DNA from: an uncultured Pseudomonadota bacterium
Lineage (GTDB): Bacteria > BMS3Abin14
Assembly (NCBI GenBank): GCA_964454175.1
Contig: CAYVSA010000002.1
Coordinates: 43,233-80,263, forward strand
Direction of reading: 5' to 3'
Length of the DNA: 37,031 bases
Both the position numbers and the translations under genes were made by a program. The notes under the pieces were generated by a model. The model searched no databases. It was not told the origin of the DNA and worked only from the letters and a program-made list of their open reading frames with translations. Positions 7,526 through 16,873 of this stretch are shown here, piece by piece (the first letter of the stretch is position 1; each line of letters begins with the position of its first letter).

Positions 7526-9562
7526 ATGAGTCAACGTATTCTGGTTGTGGATGACAGCCCGTTCATCCATGAACTGGTCAGGGATATACTCACAGAGGCT
7601 GGCCACGAAGTGGAGAGGGCCATGAACGGCCACGAGGCCATGGTGTCCATTGGGCAGAACCCGCCGGACCTGGTTCTTCTGGACATCATCATGCCCGAAA
7701 TGAGCGGCTATCAGGTCTGTCGGCTGATCAGGAGCGACAAGCGCCTCATGAATCTGCCCGTAGTGATGATGACTGCCAAAGACACTCAGAAGGACCGCTT
7801 CTGGGGGCTCGAAGTCGGGGCCGATGCATATATAACAAAGCCGATTGAAAAGTCTGAACTGCTGTCCACCATTACAGAGCTCCTCGAAGAAGCCCGTGCC
7901 CCGGTGACACCCGTAAGCGAGACTGAGCTTACAACCGAGACCCTGAAGGGCCGCGCTGACGACATCCTCGAAAGAAAGCTGCTTGAGCTTACGATAATTA
8001 ACGAGACGGGAAAGCTTTATTCTTTTCTGGATCGTCCTACTGTCCTTTTACAGAATGCCCTCAAACTCATCTCACAGGTAATAGATTACGACCTGGGCGC
8101 CGTTTTCCTGGTGTTCCCGGAGGCGGAGGACAAGATCTTTGCTGCCCGGTACAGGAACTGTCACCTGAAAATGTCCAAGAAGGAAATTCTCAAAAAAGGT
8201 GCCGAGACCATCGCCTCTGAACGCTCCGAGGACATCAGTATCGTGCAGGATCTTCACACGATAATGACGGAAGAGAGCGAGATAGGGGAAGATTCATCGA
8301 GAAAAGCGGTCAAATCGAGGATCAGCGTCATCATGAGATCATCCAGGGGAGTCCTGGGAACTGTCATGCTGCTTTCCTCAAGGAAGGATTTCTTTATTCA
8401 GGACGACAAGTCTCTGGTGGAGATGATCAGTGTTCAGCTGTCCCTCCTCCTGGACAACGTCTGGCTCCTGAAAGAGAGGGACTATCAGCTGTCAGGTATG
8501 GAGCTTGAAAAGAACCGGGTGGAGGCGATCCTTGGGAATATGGGTGAAGGTGTGATCGTCACCGACTGGTCCTACAAGATCATACACGCAAATCCCAGGT
8601 CGAGAATGCTTCTGGGCCTGGAAGATGTTGATCTCGTCGGGCACCATCTTTTTGATCATGTTCCAAGAGAATCGTTCGGGATACTGGAAGATCAGGCGAT
8701 CGGTGAAGAAAACCCCATCTGGAATATCAGGTTCAATTCCAAAGTGCAGCAGCTGCCTATCATGGCAAGTGTGGCGGTGGTGGATGAGGAAGAGGAAAAG
8801 ACCCTGGGCCTTATTCTTCTTCTGCGCGATGTCACTGAAGAACATGAACTGGATAAAATGAAAAGCAGATTTCTCGAAAACGTCTCATCTCACCTGAACA
8901 GCCCTCTGACCTCACTTCGGGGTTTTTCGGACCTTCTAAGGGAAGAGATCTACGACTCTTCCACACCTCGCCAGAGAGAGTACATGGAAGTGATCGACAA
9001 GGAGACCGGGAAGCTTGCCGAAATACTTGATGATCTCATGAGCCTTTCACGGATCGAACTGGCCGACTACAAGTTCGCTCCCTCCCGGTTCCATATATCT
9101 GAAGCACTCCTCACATCTATGGTTAACTTCCAGAACGCTGCCCAGGCCAGGGGCATCACCCTGAAGACCGACATTCAGGATAACCTCCCGGAAGTTTTCG
9201 CGGACAGAGACAGCGTCGAGGATATTGTTAACAGACTCCTTTCTAACGCGATCAAGTTCAGCCCCGACAACACGAGCGTTATAATAGGAGCAAGAAATAC
9301 TCCCGACATAAAGGACGATGGATTCCTGGAAATATTTGTAAGTGACTCCGGCCCCGGGGTACCTCAGGACAAGAGGGATCAGATATTCGAAAAGTACCAG
9401 CAGATCTCTCAGTTCATGGAAAATCGTGGTCAGAGCGTTGGTCTTGGACTTCCGATCTGCAGGAAACTCACTGAAATGAACAGGGGCAGGATAGGCATCG
9501 ACTCATCAGGAAACAGGGGAAGCACCTTCTATTTCACACTGCCTGTTGCCGAAAATAATTGA
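7526..9562 (+). CDS. Hybrid sensor kinase REC-GAF-PAS-HisKA-HATPase with atypical H-box
   Basis: ATG at 7526 (MSQRILVVDDS). Intact REC, PAS (GEGVIVTD..ANP), H-box reads NVSSHLNSPL, LLSNAIKF, DSGPG, GLGL. Confidence 0.9.
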   Translation: MSQRILVVDDSPFIHELVRDILTEAGHEVERAMNGHEAMVSIGQNPPDLVLLDIIMPEMSGYQVCRLIRSDKRLMNLPVVMMTAKDTQKDRFWGLEVGADAYITKPIEKSELLSTITELLEEARAPVTPVSETELTTETLKGRADDILERKLLELTIINETGKLYSFLDRPTVLLQNALKLISQVIDYDLGAVFLVFPEAEDKIFAARYRNCHLKMSKKEILKKGAETIASERSEDISIVQDLHTIMTEESEIGEDSSRKAVKSRISVIMRSSRGVLGTVMLLSSRKDFFIQDDKSLVEMISVQLSLLLDNVWLLKERDYQLSGMELEKNRVEAILGNMGEGVIVTDWSYKIIHANPRSRMLLGLEDVDLVGHHLFDHVPRESFGILEDQAIGEENPIWNIRFNSKVQQLPIMASVAVVDEEEEKTLGLILLLRDVTEEHELDKMKSRFLENVSSHLNSPLTSLRGFSDLLREEIYDSSTPRQREYMEVIDKETGKLAEILDDLMSLSRIELADYKFAPSRFHISEALLTSMVNFQNAAQARGITLKTDIQDNLPEVFADRDSVEDIVNRLLSNAIKFSPDNTSVIIGARNTPDIKDDGFLEIFVSDSGPGVPQDKRDQIFEKYQQISQFMENRGQSVGLGLPICRKLTEMNRGRIGIDSSGNRGSTFYFTLPVAENN

Positions 9563-9588
9563 TCATCTGTGCTGACTGATCAGAGGGG

Positions 9589-11229
9589 ATGATTGACCGG
9601 TCCGATATGGAAACACTTGAACAGAGTATGAGTGAGCACAAAGCCCCGCTTCCGGAGAAAGTGATCCGTGATTATCTCAGGTCTCTTGCGAAGCTTACTG
9701 GGCTTCGTTTCTCCTTTTTCCGGCCTGGAGAGTATCGTGAGAGGATCGTTACGGGGGAGACCCGGTTCTGCATGGAGATTCAGTCGACAGTTGATGGCTC
9801 CAGGCGCTGCAGTAATTCAATAAGGTCCATTATTCAGAAAGCCGAAAGGTCTGACGAGTCTGTTTTCGATCTCTGCCACAGCAGGATGGGCATGGCGGGG
9901 GCCCCGATCCTTCATAATGGGAAGGCCATAGGGTTGGTAGTCACCTGCCAGGCCCTGCTCCACGGGCTGTCGGAAGAGCATAAGGAGCACCTGCGAACCA
10001 CTGGCCGGGATATCGGTATGGCCAACCCGGACGACCTTTTAAAAGCCGCTGCTAAAAATCCCCTCCTCTCGAGAACCCAGCTCGAGGACATTATCCAGTT
10101 TACCAGAGAGGAACTTGAGGAAAAGGCAGAATCAAGGACAGTGCTTGAAGATACGACCGAGTACCTGATGGACAAGTACGAGGAACTCATGTTCCTCTAT
10201 TCCATCACAGAAAAGCTAGCCCCCGAACACGAGTTTACCAACACCCTCTCTGAAATACTGGACAAGGGTCTGCAGAAACTTTCGGCACGATCGGCATTCA
10301 TTCTCCTGGAAGGGGAGAGCGGGATACATGATCCCGAGGCAATGGAGGTTTACGGGGAACCATTGTGGGACGAAGACCCGGAGTCACTCCCCCAGGGGTT
10401 TGCCGATTTTCTGTCGACCTGCGCCGGACCGGCGATAGCAATAAACCAGAAAGATATGGGTCTTGCCGCCGATGACAGGTTCAAAGCTCTGCTGGTGTAT
10501 CCCTTCCGGATCAAAAATTACAGAAGAGCATTCATGGTGTTCGCGTGGGAGAAAGTCGAGGAGCTCGGGGATAACGAATATAAATTTGTGGCGGCCCTTG
10601 CCAACCAGGCTTCCGTTGTCCTTCACACTGTCCACCTTTACAGGGAACTGGCAGACCTGCTCTTTTCCACACTTGAAGCATTAAGTTCCGCCATTGATGC
10701 AAAGGATCCATACACACATGGGCACTCCCACAGAGTTGCCGATTTTGCAGTCAAGATCGCCGGTGCGCAGGACAAGGGCCCAAGGTTTCAGACTATGATA
10801 AAGATCGCGGGCCAGCTCCACGATTTCGGTAAGATCGGGATCGCTGAAAGGATCCTGAGCAAAGAGGGAAAACTCGATCCGGCAGAGCGCGCGCTCATCA
10901 ATGAACATCCTGTGCTGGGAGCCCAGATACTGAGTCGCTTCAAGGCCTTTTCTGATATAGTTCCGGGGATCCGGCACCATCACGAGCGGTACGATGGTAC
11001 GGGGTATCCTGATGGCCTTGCTGGAGATCAGATCCCCATTGTTGGGCGGATAATTGCGGTGGCCGATGCCTTTGATGCCATGACTACCAGGCGCCCTTAC
11101 AGGGACAGCCTGAATTATGAAGAGGCGAAGGCCGAACTTGAAACAAACGCCGGGAAACAGTTCGATCCAGGGATAGTAGAAGCCTTTCTGGTCGGGTTTG
11201 ACGATAATAGTGACGAGGGTGAGATATGA
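9589..11229 (+). CDS. PocR-sensor/GAF/HD-GYP cyclic-dinucleotide phosphodiesterase
   Basis: N-terminal FC..I..RC..CH..G...API pattern of the PocR domain. AKDPYTHGHS, LHDFGK, HHERYDGTGYPDGL, ADAFDAM. Confidence 0.9.
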   Translation: MIDRSDMETLEQSMSEHKAPLPEKVIRDYLRSLAKLTGLRFSFFRPGEYRERIVTGETRFCMEIQSTVDGSRRCSNSIRSIIQKAERSDESVFDLCHSRMGMAGAPILHNGKAIGLVVTCQALLHGLSEEHKEHLRTTGRDIGMANPDDLLKAAAKNPLLSRTQLEDIIQFTREELEEKAESRTVLEDTTEYLMDKYEELMFLYSITEKLAPEHEFTNTLSEILDKGLQKLSARSAFILLEGESGIHDPEAMEVYGEPLWDEDPESLPQGFADFLSTCAGPAIAINQKDMGLAADDRFKALLVYPFRIKNYRRAFMVFAWEKVEELGDNEYKFVAALANQASVVLHTVHLYRELADLLFSTLEALSSAIDAKDPYTHGHSHRVADFAVKIAGAQDKGPRFQTMIKIAGQLHDFGKIGIAERILSKEGKLDPAERALINEHPVLGAQILSRFKAFSDIVPGIRHHHERYDGTGYPDGLAGDQIPIVGRIIAVADAFDAMTTRRPYRDSLNYEEAKAELETNAGKQFDPGIVEAFLVGFDDNSDEGEI

Positions 11230-12188
11230 CGAAGATCCTGATCGTAGATGATGAAGATAACATCCGACATCTTCTGAAGGTGGCATTTGAAGACGATTTT
11301 GACATCGCCATGGCAGTTGATGGTGTGGAGGCTTTCGAGACAGCCCTCAAATGGAACCCTGATCTCATTGTCTCGGATATCATGATGCCCAGACTCGACG
11401 GATATGGCCTATACCGTAAACTCAAATCCAGGCCCGAGACATCTTCTATCCCCTTCGTCTTCCTGTCGGCAAAAAAAGACGTGGAGGAAAAAGTCGTTGG
11501 TCTCGAGATGGGAGCTGATGACTACATCACAAAGCCGTTCAGTATCAAGGAATTGAAAGCGAAGATACGATCCATAATCAAAAAAGTCGATGAGATGCAG
11601 GACAGGGGCAGCCTGGAAGGCAGCCTCAGGGAAGTTGACCTCGTCGAAGTTGTACAGCTGATCGAGATGGGAAGAAAGACAGGCATGCTCGTGCTGGAGA
11701 CGAGTTCCCAAACAGGACATCTCTATTTCAAAAATGGTGAGCCAACATTCGCACAGGCCGTTCACTGGTTGGGTTCCGAGGCTTTTTTCAGCATGCTTTC
11801 CTGGAAGGACGGCCGCTTCAGGTTCGCGCAGCAGCCTCTGGAAATGCAGGAAAATATCGATTCAAACCGGGGGCAGGAACTGCTGATGGAGGGTGTGAGG
11901 CTCCTTGATGAAATGGCAGAGGCCGTCAGGAAACTGCCCTCACCCGAGACCAGGCTGATCCTGGCCGGGGGCAAGAGCCTGCCTGGTGGTGAGATTGGGA
12001 GTCTGCTTGAGTCGTTCAGAAAAGGGGATCACATCTGGAATGCCGCAGAAAAAACTGAGATCCCCCCATACCGGTTCTATCCCATGCTCATGGAGGCTCT
12101 CACAGCAGGATATCTCGTGTCCTTTGCTGCTGGGGCCAAGCGCCTCGAATCCCTCAGGCGACTTAGAAAAGCGGTGGAGGCGTTATGA
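11226..12188 (+). CDS. Response regulator REC-DUF4388 (PatA-N-like)
   Basis: Intact REC, then LEGSL..VDLVEVVQLI..GRKTG.L, G.LYF..G, W.DG.F.F, LLMEGVRLLDE typical of DUF4388. Confidence 0.88.
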   Translation: MTKILIVDDEDNIRHLLKVAFEDDFDIAMAVDGVEAFETALKWNPDLIVSDIMMPRLDGYGLYRKLKSRPETSSIPFVFLSAKKDVEEKVVGLEMGADDYITKPFSIKELKAKIRSIIKKVDEMQDRGSLEGSLREVDLVEVVQLIEMGRKTGMLVLETSSQTGHLYFKNGEPTFAQAVHWLGSEAFFSMLSWKDGRFRFAQQPLEMQENIDSNRGQELLMEGVRLLDEMAEAVRKLPSPETRLILAGGKSLPGGEIGSLLESFRKGDHIWNAAEKTEIPPYRFYPMLMEALTAGYLVSFAAGAKRLESLRRLRKAVEAL

Positions 12189-12634
12189 GCAGCCAGGACA
12201 AATTTATCAGATATCTCCTGCTTTCACCCGTGAACTCCATGAGACAGTCTTTTGTCGGGGCTGTTTTTGGTGCCTTTGAGCTTTCGCCGCAGGGACAGGG
12301 AGAAAAAGTTACTTTTAAATCTTCCAGCGGTGACGTGCTTGAGATAGTGGGTATAGGTGGATCAGGCAACCTCGATGACCTTGGTCGAAAGCTCTTCGAG
12401 GGCAACGTAAAAGTTGACGGCATACTTGCCCTCCTCCCCTCGGGAGACACCGGATCCCTGGACCAGGCACGCGCGCTTGCCAAATGGCTTGGGGAAACAG
12501 GGACTGCTGTTCCCATGAGGACCCTGGTGGTCGACGATGGTTCGGAAGTCCCCAAGGAAACAGCCAAAAAAACCCTTGTAGCTCTCATGGATGAACACGA
12601 AGAACTCCTCAAATCTTCCGGCTCAGGTGCTTGA
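12185..12634 (+). CDS. Hypothetical protein, possibly a degenerate small-GTPase (MglA/CvnD-like) fold
   Basis: ATGA overlap with the upstream gene and a GGAGG SD. Strand/helix pattern resembles Ras-like GTPases, but there is no GxxxxGK[ST]. Confidence 0.65.
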   Translation: MSSQDKFIRYLLLSPVNSMRQSFVGAVFGAFELSPQGQGEKVTFKSSSGDVLEIVGIGGSGNLDDLGRKLFEGNVKVDGILALLPSGDTGSLDQARALAKWLGETGTAVPMRTLVVDDGSEVPKETAKKTLVALMDEHEELLKSSGSGA

Positions 12635-12774
12635 TGGCCGTTGAATGGAGCCCCAGGCGTACTCAACCCCTGAGGGTCATCTTCCCCGAAGCTCACCGGA
12701 ATTTTGGGGAAGGATTTCTCATTTTTGTCAGGATCTCCGATCCATCTGACAACATTTCATCACTGGGTCTTTAA

Positions 12775-14415
12775 ATGGGAAAAGGTTTTACAGTTTACAT
12801 AGATATGCCCGATGCGGGGCAGGCCGCCAGGCTCGCGAAAATTGTCAGGAATCTGGGTGGAGACGTCCACCTCGGGGCAGCCGACGAGATCATACCCGAT
12901 GTGGTAGTGGCAACTCCCAAACGGGTGGAGAAGCTGGAAAAAAGGCGGCTCTGGGGCCGGGCGGTTCCAGAAATTATCGTCTGGGCAGAGAATGACAGCA
13001 TTGACGTGAGGTCACTATTAAATCTGAAGGTGAGCGCTCTTCTGGACCCCTCGGGCAAGGAAGAGGAGATATCGGAAACCCTCAACATGGTTATGGATGA
13101 CCTCAGGGCCTCGAGGACTGAACTGGATGAACTCCGTGAGATGGAGGACCGGTACAGGGAGATATCCACTATAATCCGCCTCAGTCTGGAGATTGGTGTT
13201 GAGCTGGACGTAAACAGAGTCCTGGAAATGATAGTGCAGCAGATCTCTCAGGACCTTGGATATGAGATCGTATCCATCATGCTTCTTGAGGAAGATTCGA
13301 AGTTTCTTTCAATAAAGGCCGCAAGGGGTTTGAGTGACAAAATAATCAGTTCGGCCAGAGTGGAGCTGGGAAAAGGGGTCTCGGGTACAGTAGCCAAGAC
13401 CGGCGAACCCATGCTCATAAAAGATATTGAAAGCGACGATCGATTCCAGAAGTTGAAGAGCCACGGGCGGTACTCGTCCAAGTCCCTGATATGCGTGCCT
13501 CTCAAAGTAGGGGACAGGGTGATCGGGGTCCTTAACGGCAACAACAAGAAAACGAAGGGTGACCTGGGGAGCCACGATCTCAGGCTTTTGAGTGTTTTTG
13601 CTGCCCAGGCCTCTGTATCCATAGAAAGGGCCCGCCTTTACAGGAGTCTCGAGCTGCAGGCACAGGAGGTCAAGAAAGCTTACGAGCGGCTTCAGGAACT
13701 TGACAGGATCAAATCAGATTTCATTACCAACGTCTCTCACGAGTTTCGAACGCCCGTGACTGTCATGCTGGGATATCTGGAGATTCTCAAAGGCAGTCTC
13801 ACCGATAAGGACCAGATCGAGAAGGTGGATATTGCGCTGGAATCCGCACTGAAGCTGGCGGTTTTTGTCGAGGATTCCACCGACGTGCTCAAGCTTGACA
13901 CAGGCGCCATGCACTTCGATTTCAAAAAGGTCTCCATAGATGTATTCGTTGAGGACATGACACGGAAGTTCTGGGGCGAATTCAGCTCAAGGGGGATCGA
14001 GCTCATCGTGGACATCGCGGAAGGGCTGCCCGATGTGTATGTGGATATAGAAAAGATCACCAAAGTGTTTAACAAGCTCCTTGACAACTCACTCAAATTC
14101 ACTCCTGAAGGGGGATACACAAAGATCGCCTGCTCGAACTCCGAAGATGAGGGGATAACGGTGCTGATAGAAGATTCCGGCCCGGGGATCCCACAGGGCG
14201 AGCACGAAACAGTTTTCGAACGCTTTGAGCAGTCCGGGGATATCCTGACCGCCAAACCAGCCGGCACGGGTCTCGGCCTCCCCATCGCCAGGGCCATAGT
14301 GGCACATCACGGGGGAACCCTGTCCATCGACGAGAGTTTCAAAGATGGGTGCCGTGTGTCCTTCATGCTTCCAGCTCAGCATCCAATTGAGCAGAATGAC
14401 GGGAGCGCTGCTTGA
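12775..14415 (+). CDS. GAF sensor histidine kinase with a degenerate REC-like N-terminus
   Basis: GAF (GKGVSG.V, SLICVPL..VIGVL), H-box SHEFRTP, DNSLKF, DSGPG, GTGLGL. Confidence 0.9.
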   Translation: MGKGFTVYIDMPDAGQAARLAKIVRNLGGDVHLGAADEIIPDVVVATPKRVEKLEKRRLWGRAVPEIIVWAENDSIDVRSLLNLKVSALLDPSGKEEEISETLNMVMDDLRASRTELDELREMEDRYREISTIIRLSLEIGVELDVNRVLEMIVQQISQDLGYEIVSIMLLEEDSKFLSIKAARGLSDKIISSARVELGKGVSGTVAKTGEPMLIKDIESDDRFQKLKSHGRYSSKSLICVPLKVGDRVIGVLNGNNKKTKGDLGSHDLRLLSVFAAQASVSIERARLYRSLELQAQEVKKAYERLQELDRIKSDFITNVSHEFRTPVTVMLGYLEILKGSLTDKDQIEKVDIALESALKLAVFVEDSTDVLKLDTGAMHFDFKKVSIDVFVEDMTRKFWGEFSSRGIELIVDIAEGLPDVYVDIEKITKVFNKLLDNSLKFTPEGGYTKIACSNSEDEGITVLIEDSGPGIPQGEHETVFERFEQSGDILTAKPAGTGLGLPIARAIVAHHGGTLSIDESFKDGCRVSFMLPAQHPIEQNDGSAA

Positions 14416-15755
14416 GGAATATCAACCCCCACCTCAGCATCCTTGCAGGTTTTGCTGCAGTGATCGCCGTGGGAACAATCATACTGCTTCTTCCCATTTC
14501 CACTGTTGACGGGAAGGGACTGCCCTTCCTGGACGCTCTTTTCACAGCTACTTCCGCCACGTGTGTCACGGGTCTTTCCACGCTGCCCATCAATGACACC
14601 CTGTCGGGTTTCGGTCAGAGTATTCTCCTCCTCATGGTTCAGATAGGCGGCCTCGGTCTAATGACGATCTCCACTTTTTTTGGTCTGCTTCTGGGTATTC
14701 AGCCCAGGCTTCAGGGCAGGATCGTCATAAAGGAGGCCCTGAACCAGGTAGATGAAGTTCACACCACAAACCTGATCAGCAGAGTAATATTCTTCACTAT
14801 TCTTATGGAAGGGGCCGGAACCGCGGTACTTTACACCAGGATGGGGGTCGGCCACAGCCTGGGACAGGGTCTTTACCTCTCCCTGTTCCATTCAATATCG
14901 GCATTCTGCAATGCAGGGTTCACACTTTTTTCATCCAGCCTCGAGGCTTACAGATCTGACGTGGTCGTCAACGTGGCTGTGATGGTACTGATCGTCAGCG
15001 GAGGTCTGGGGTTCTGGGTAGTGCAGGATATCTACGAAAACATAAGAGCTCGCCTTTCCGGCAGAGCAAGCAGGCCCCTGTCCCTGCAGGCCAGGGTTGT
15101 GCTGGGAATGACTCTGTTCCTTATCGTCTCGGGAACGATACTGTTCCTGCTGGTTGAGGGAACCAGGACAGGTGGGCAGCTCAACGGCGAGGGGCTTTTC
15201 TGGTCGGCGCTTTTCCAGTCGGTAACCACCAGAACAGCAGGTTTTTCCAGCGTCGACATAGGAACCCTTTCCATGCCCACACTGGTCTGGATGACCGCCT
15301 GGATGTTTATCGGCGCCTCCCCGGGTTCAACTGGCGGAGGCATCAAAACTACCACATTTATAGTGATGCTGGCCTCTTTCAGGTCGGTCTTTACAGGAGC
15401 GGAAAATGTCGAAATTGGCCGAAACTCTATCTCTGACCATGTTGTCCGACGGGCTAACGCAGTCTTCCTGGCAGCCTCAACATGGCTCCTTGTAGCTGTA
15501 TTTGCAATGACCATCGCCGGGGTGACAAAAGGGGTTTCGACCTTTTTACCGGTTCTGTTCGAGACCATATCGGCATTTGGAACGGTGGGACTCAGCATGG
15601 GTGTCACCTCTTCCCTGACCGGCATCGGGAAAGTTGTTCTGATACTGACAATGTTTGCCGGGAGGGTGGGCCCTATGAGCCTTATCCTTGCCCTGGCACA
15701 GAGAGCGGACCGGCCCGGGATCACATATCCCGAGAGAAATTTGTCCATCGGTTGA
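14412..15755 (+). CDS. KtrB/TrkH-family K+ uptake membrane subunit
   Basis: Four pore-loop Gly motifs CVTGL, CNAGF, RTAGF, GTVGL, plus GSTGGGIK and MFAGRVG. TTG start overlaps the kinase stop. Confidence 0.95.
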   Translation: MRNINPHLSILAGFAAVIAVGTIILLLPISTVDGKGLPFLDALFTATSATCVTGLSTLPINDTLSGFGQSILLLMVQIGGLGLMTISTFFGLLLGIQPRLQGRIVIKEALNQVDEVHTTNLISRVIFFTILMEGAGTAVLYTRMGVGHSLGQGLYLSLFHSISAFCNAGFTLFSSSLEAYRSDVVVNVAVMVLIVSGGLGFWVVQDIYENIRARLSGRASRPLSLQARVVLGMTLFLIVSGTILFLLVEGTRTGGQLNGEGLFWSALFQSVTTRTAGFSSVDIGTLSMPTLVWMTAWMFIGASPGSTGGGIKTTTFIVMLASFRSVFTGAENVEIGRNSISDHVVRRANAVFLAASTWLLVAVFAMTIAGVTKGVSTFLPVLFETISAFGTVGLSMGVTSSLTGIGKVVLILTMFAGRVGPMSLILALAQRADRPGITYPERNLSIG

Positions 15756-15891
15756 CAGAGAGCGGGCCAGGGCGCTGGCCGGGGCAGAACATACCGTAAG
15801 GGTAAGGAATATAATTGGAGCAGTGGGTGAAACTTCCCCTGTGGACAGGTGTATAATTATTATGCGAAAATTTGATAGTACTGTGAGATTG

Positions 15892-15921
15892 TTGACACTT
15901 TCAAAGGTGCTGTGCTACAAA
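15892..15921 (+). promoter_or_regulatory. Putative sigma70 promoter of the che cluster
   Basis: TTGACA-18 nt-TACAAA with a TGn extension. A second TATAAT lies at 15852-15857 in an AT-rich spacer. Confidence 0.45.
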
Positions 15922-15957
15922 AACCGAAGAATTCTCTAATGTTTACAGAGATTTGTC

Positions 15958-16830
15958 GTGGCTGAAAGCTGGAGTAAAGACGCAGCGCAGTTTGTAGGAA
16001 AGGACTCCTGGGCCTTCGAGGCGCTAAAGGAGCTTCTCATCCAGGAACGAGGGCTGGATCTTGAGGCCTACAAGGAAAGCTGCATTTACCGCAGGATCTT
16101 CCTCAGAGTGCGCTCCCGCGGATTTGCAAGCCTCGGTGCTTATTACAGGTCGCTTTTAAGAGATCCCGAGGAACTGGAGGGGCTCTTTAAGTACCTGACG
16201 ATACACGTTACTGAATTTTTCCGGAACCCGATGGCTTATGATTATCTCCGGAAGAGAGTCCTGCCAAAGCTGCTCCTTGACTTTCGAAGCGCTGCGAGGC
16301 TCAGGCTCTGGAGCGTGGGATGCTCAACCGGTGAAGAGGCTTACAGTCTGGCCATTCTGATGCAGAGGGCCAGGGAGGAGATCGGAGTCACAACGCCTTT
16401 TACAATATCTGCTACCGATATTGACGACGGCGTTCTTGAACGCGGCAGAAAAGGATATTATCCCAAAGACTCCCTGAAGAACGTCGACCCCATGGATCTG
16501 GTCAGATATTTCAAACATGATGGAGATGGTTACAAAGTTAGAAGTGAATTAAGGGATGTGGTAAAGTTTAGCCAGGCGAACGTATTGACTGACAAGCCCA
16601 GATATACCAAGAACCTTATTGTCTGTCGAAACCTGTTGATATATCTTGCAAGGGAGCAGCAGGAGAGGATCATAACCCGTTTTTCAGAATTCCTGATACC
16701 CGGCGGTTTCCTCATGCTGGGAAAGGCAGAGACCCTTCTCGGGGAGAACAGGGTGTATTTTCAAAATATTTCACCTGCCGAGAGGATCTATGTAAAAAGA
16801 GAAGTTCCTAAGGATCCACAGGGGTCCTAG
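15958..16830 (+). CDS. cheR: Chemotaxis protein methyltransferase
   Basis: TIHVTEFFR, WSVGCSTGEEAYS, ATDID, CRNLLIY, LGKAE. Confidence 0.96.
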   Translation: MAESWSKDAAQFVGKDSWAFEALKELLIQERGLDLEAYKESCIYRRIFLRVRSRGFASLGAYYRSLLRDPEELEGLFKYLTIHVTEFFRNPMAYDYLRKRVLPKLLLDFRSAARLRLWSVGCSTGEEAYSLAILMQRAREEIGVTTPFTISATDIDDGVLERGRKGYYPKDSLKNVDPMDLVRYFKHDGDGYKVRSELRDVVKFSQANVLTDKPRYTKNLIVCRNLLIYLAREQQERIITRFSEFLIPGGFLMLGKAETLLGENRVYFQNISPAERIYVKREVPKDPQGS

Positions 16831-16873
16831 TGCCCGCTTTTGACAGTGACATAAGGGAAAGGAGTTCCCAGTC

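Noticed and set aside
12681-12712. Hairpin CTTCCCCGAA...TTTGGGGAAG before the third kinase
   Set aside because: The loop is 12 nt and there is no immediate U-tract; it may be a weak terminator but is not supportable.
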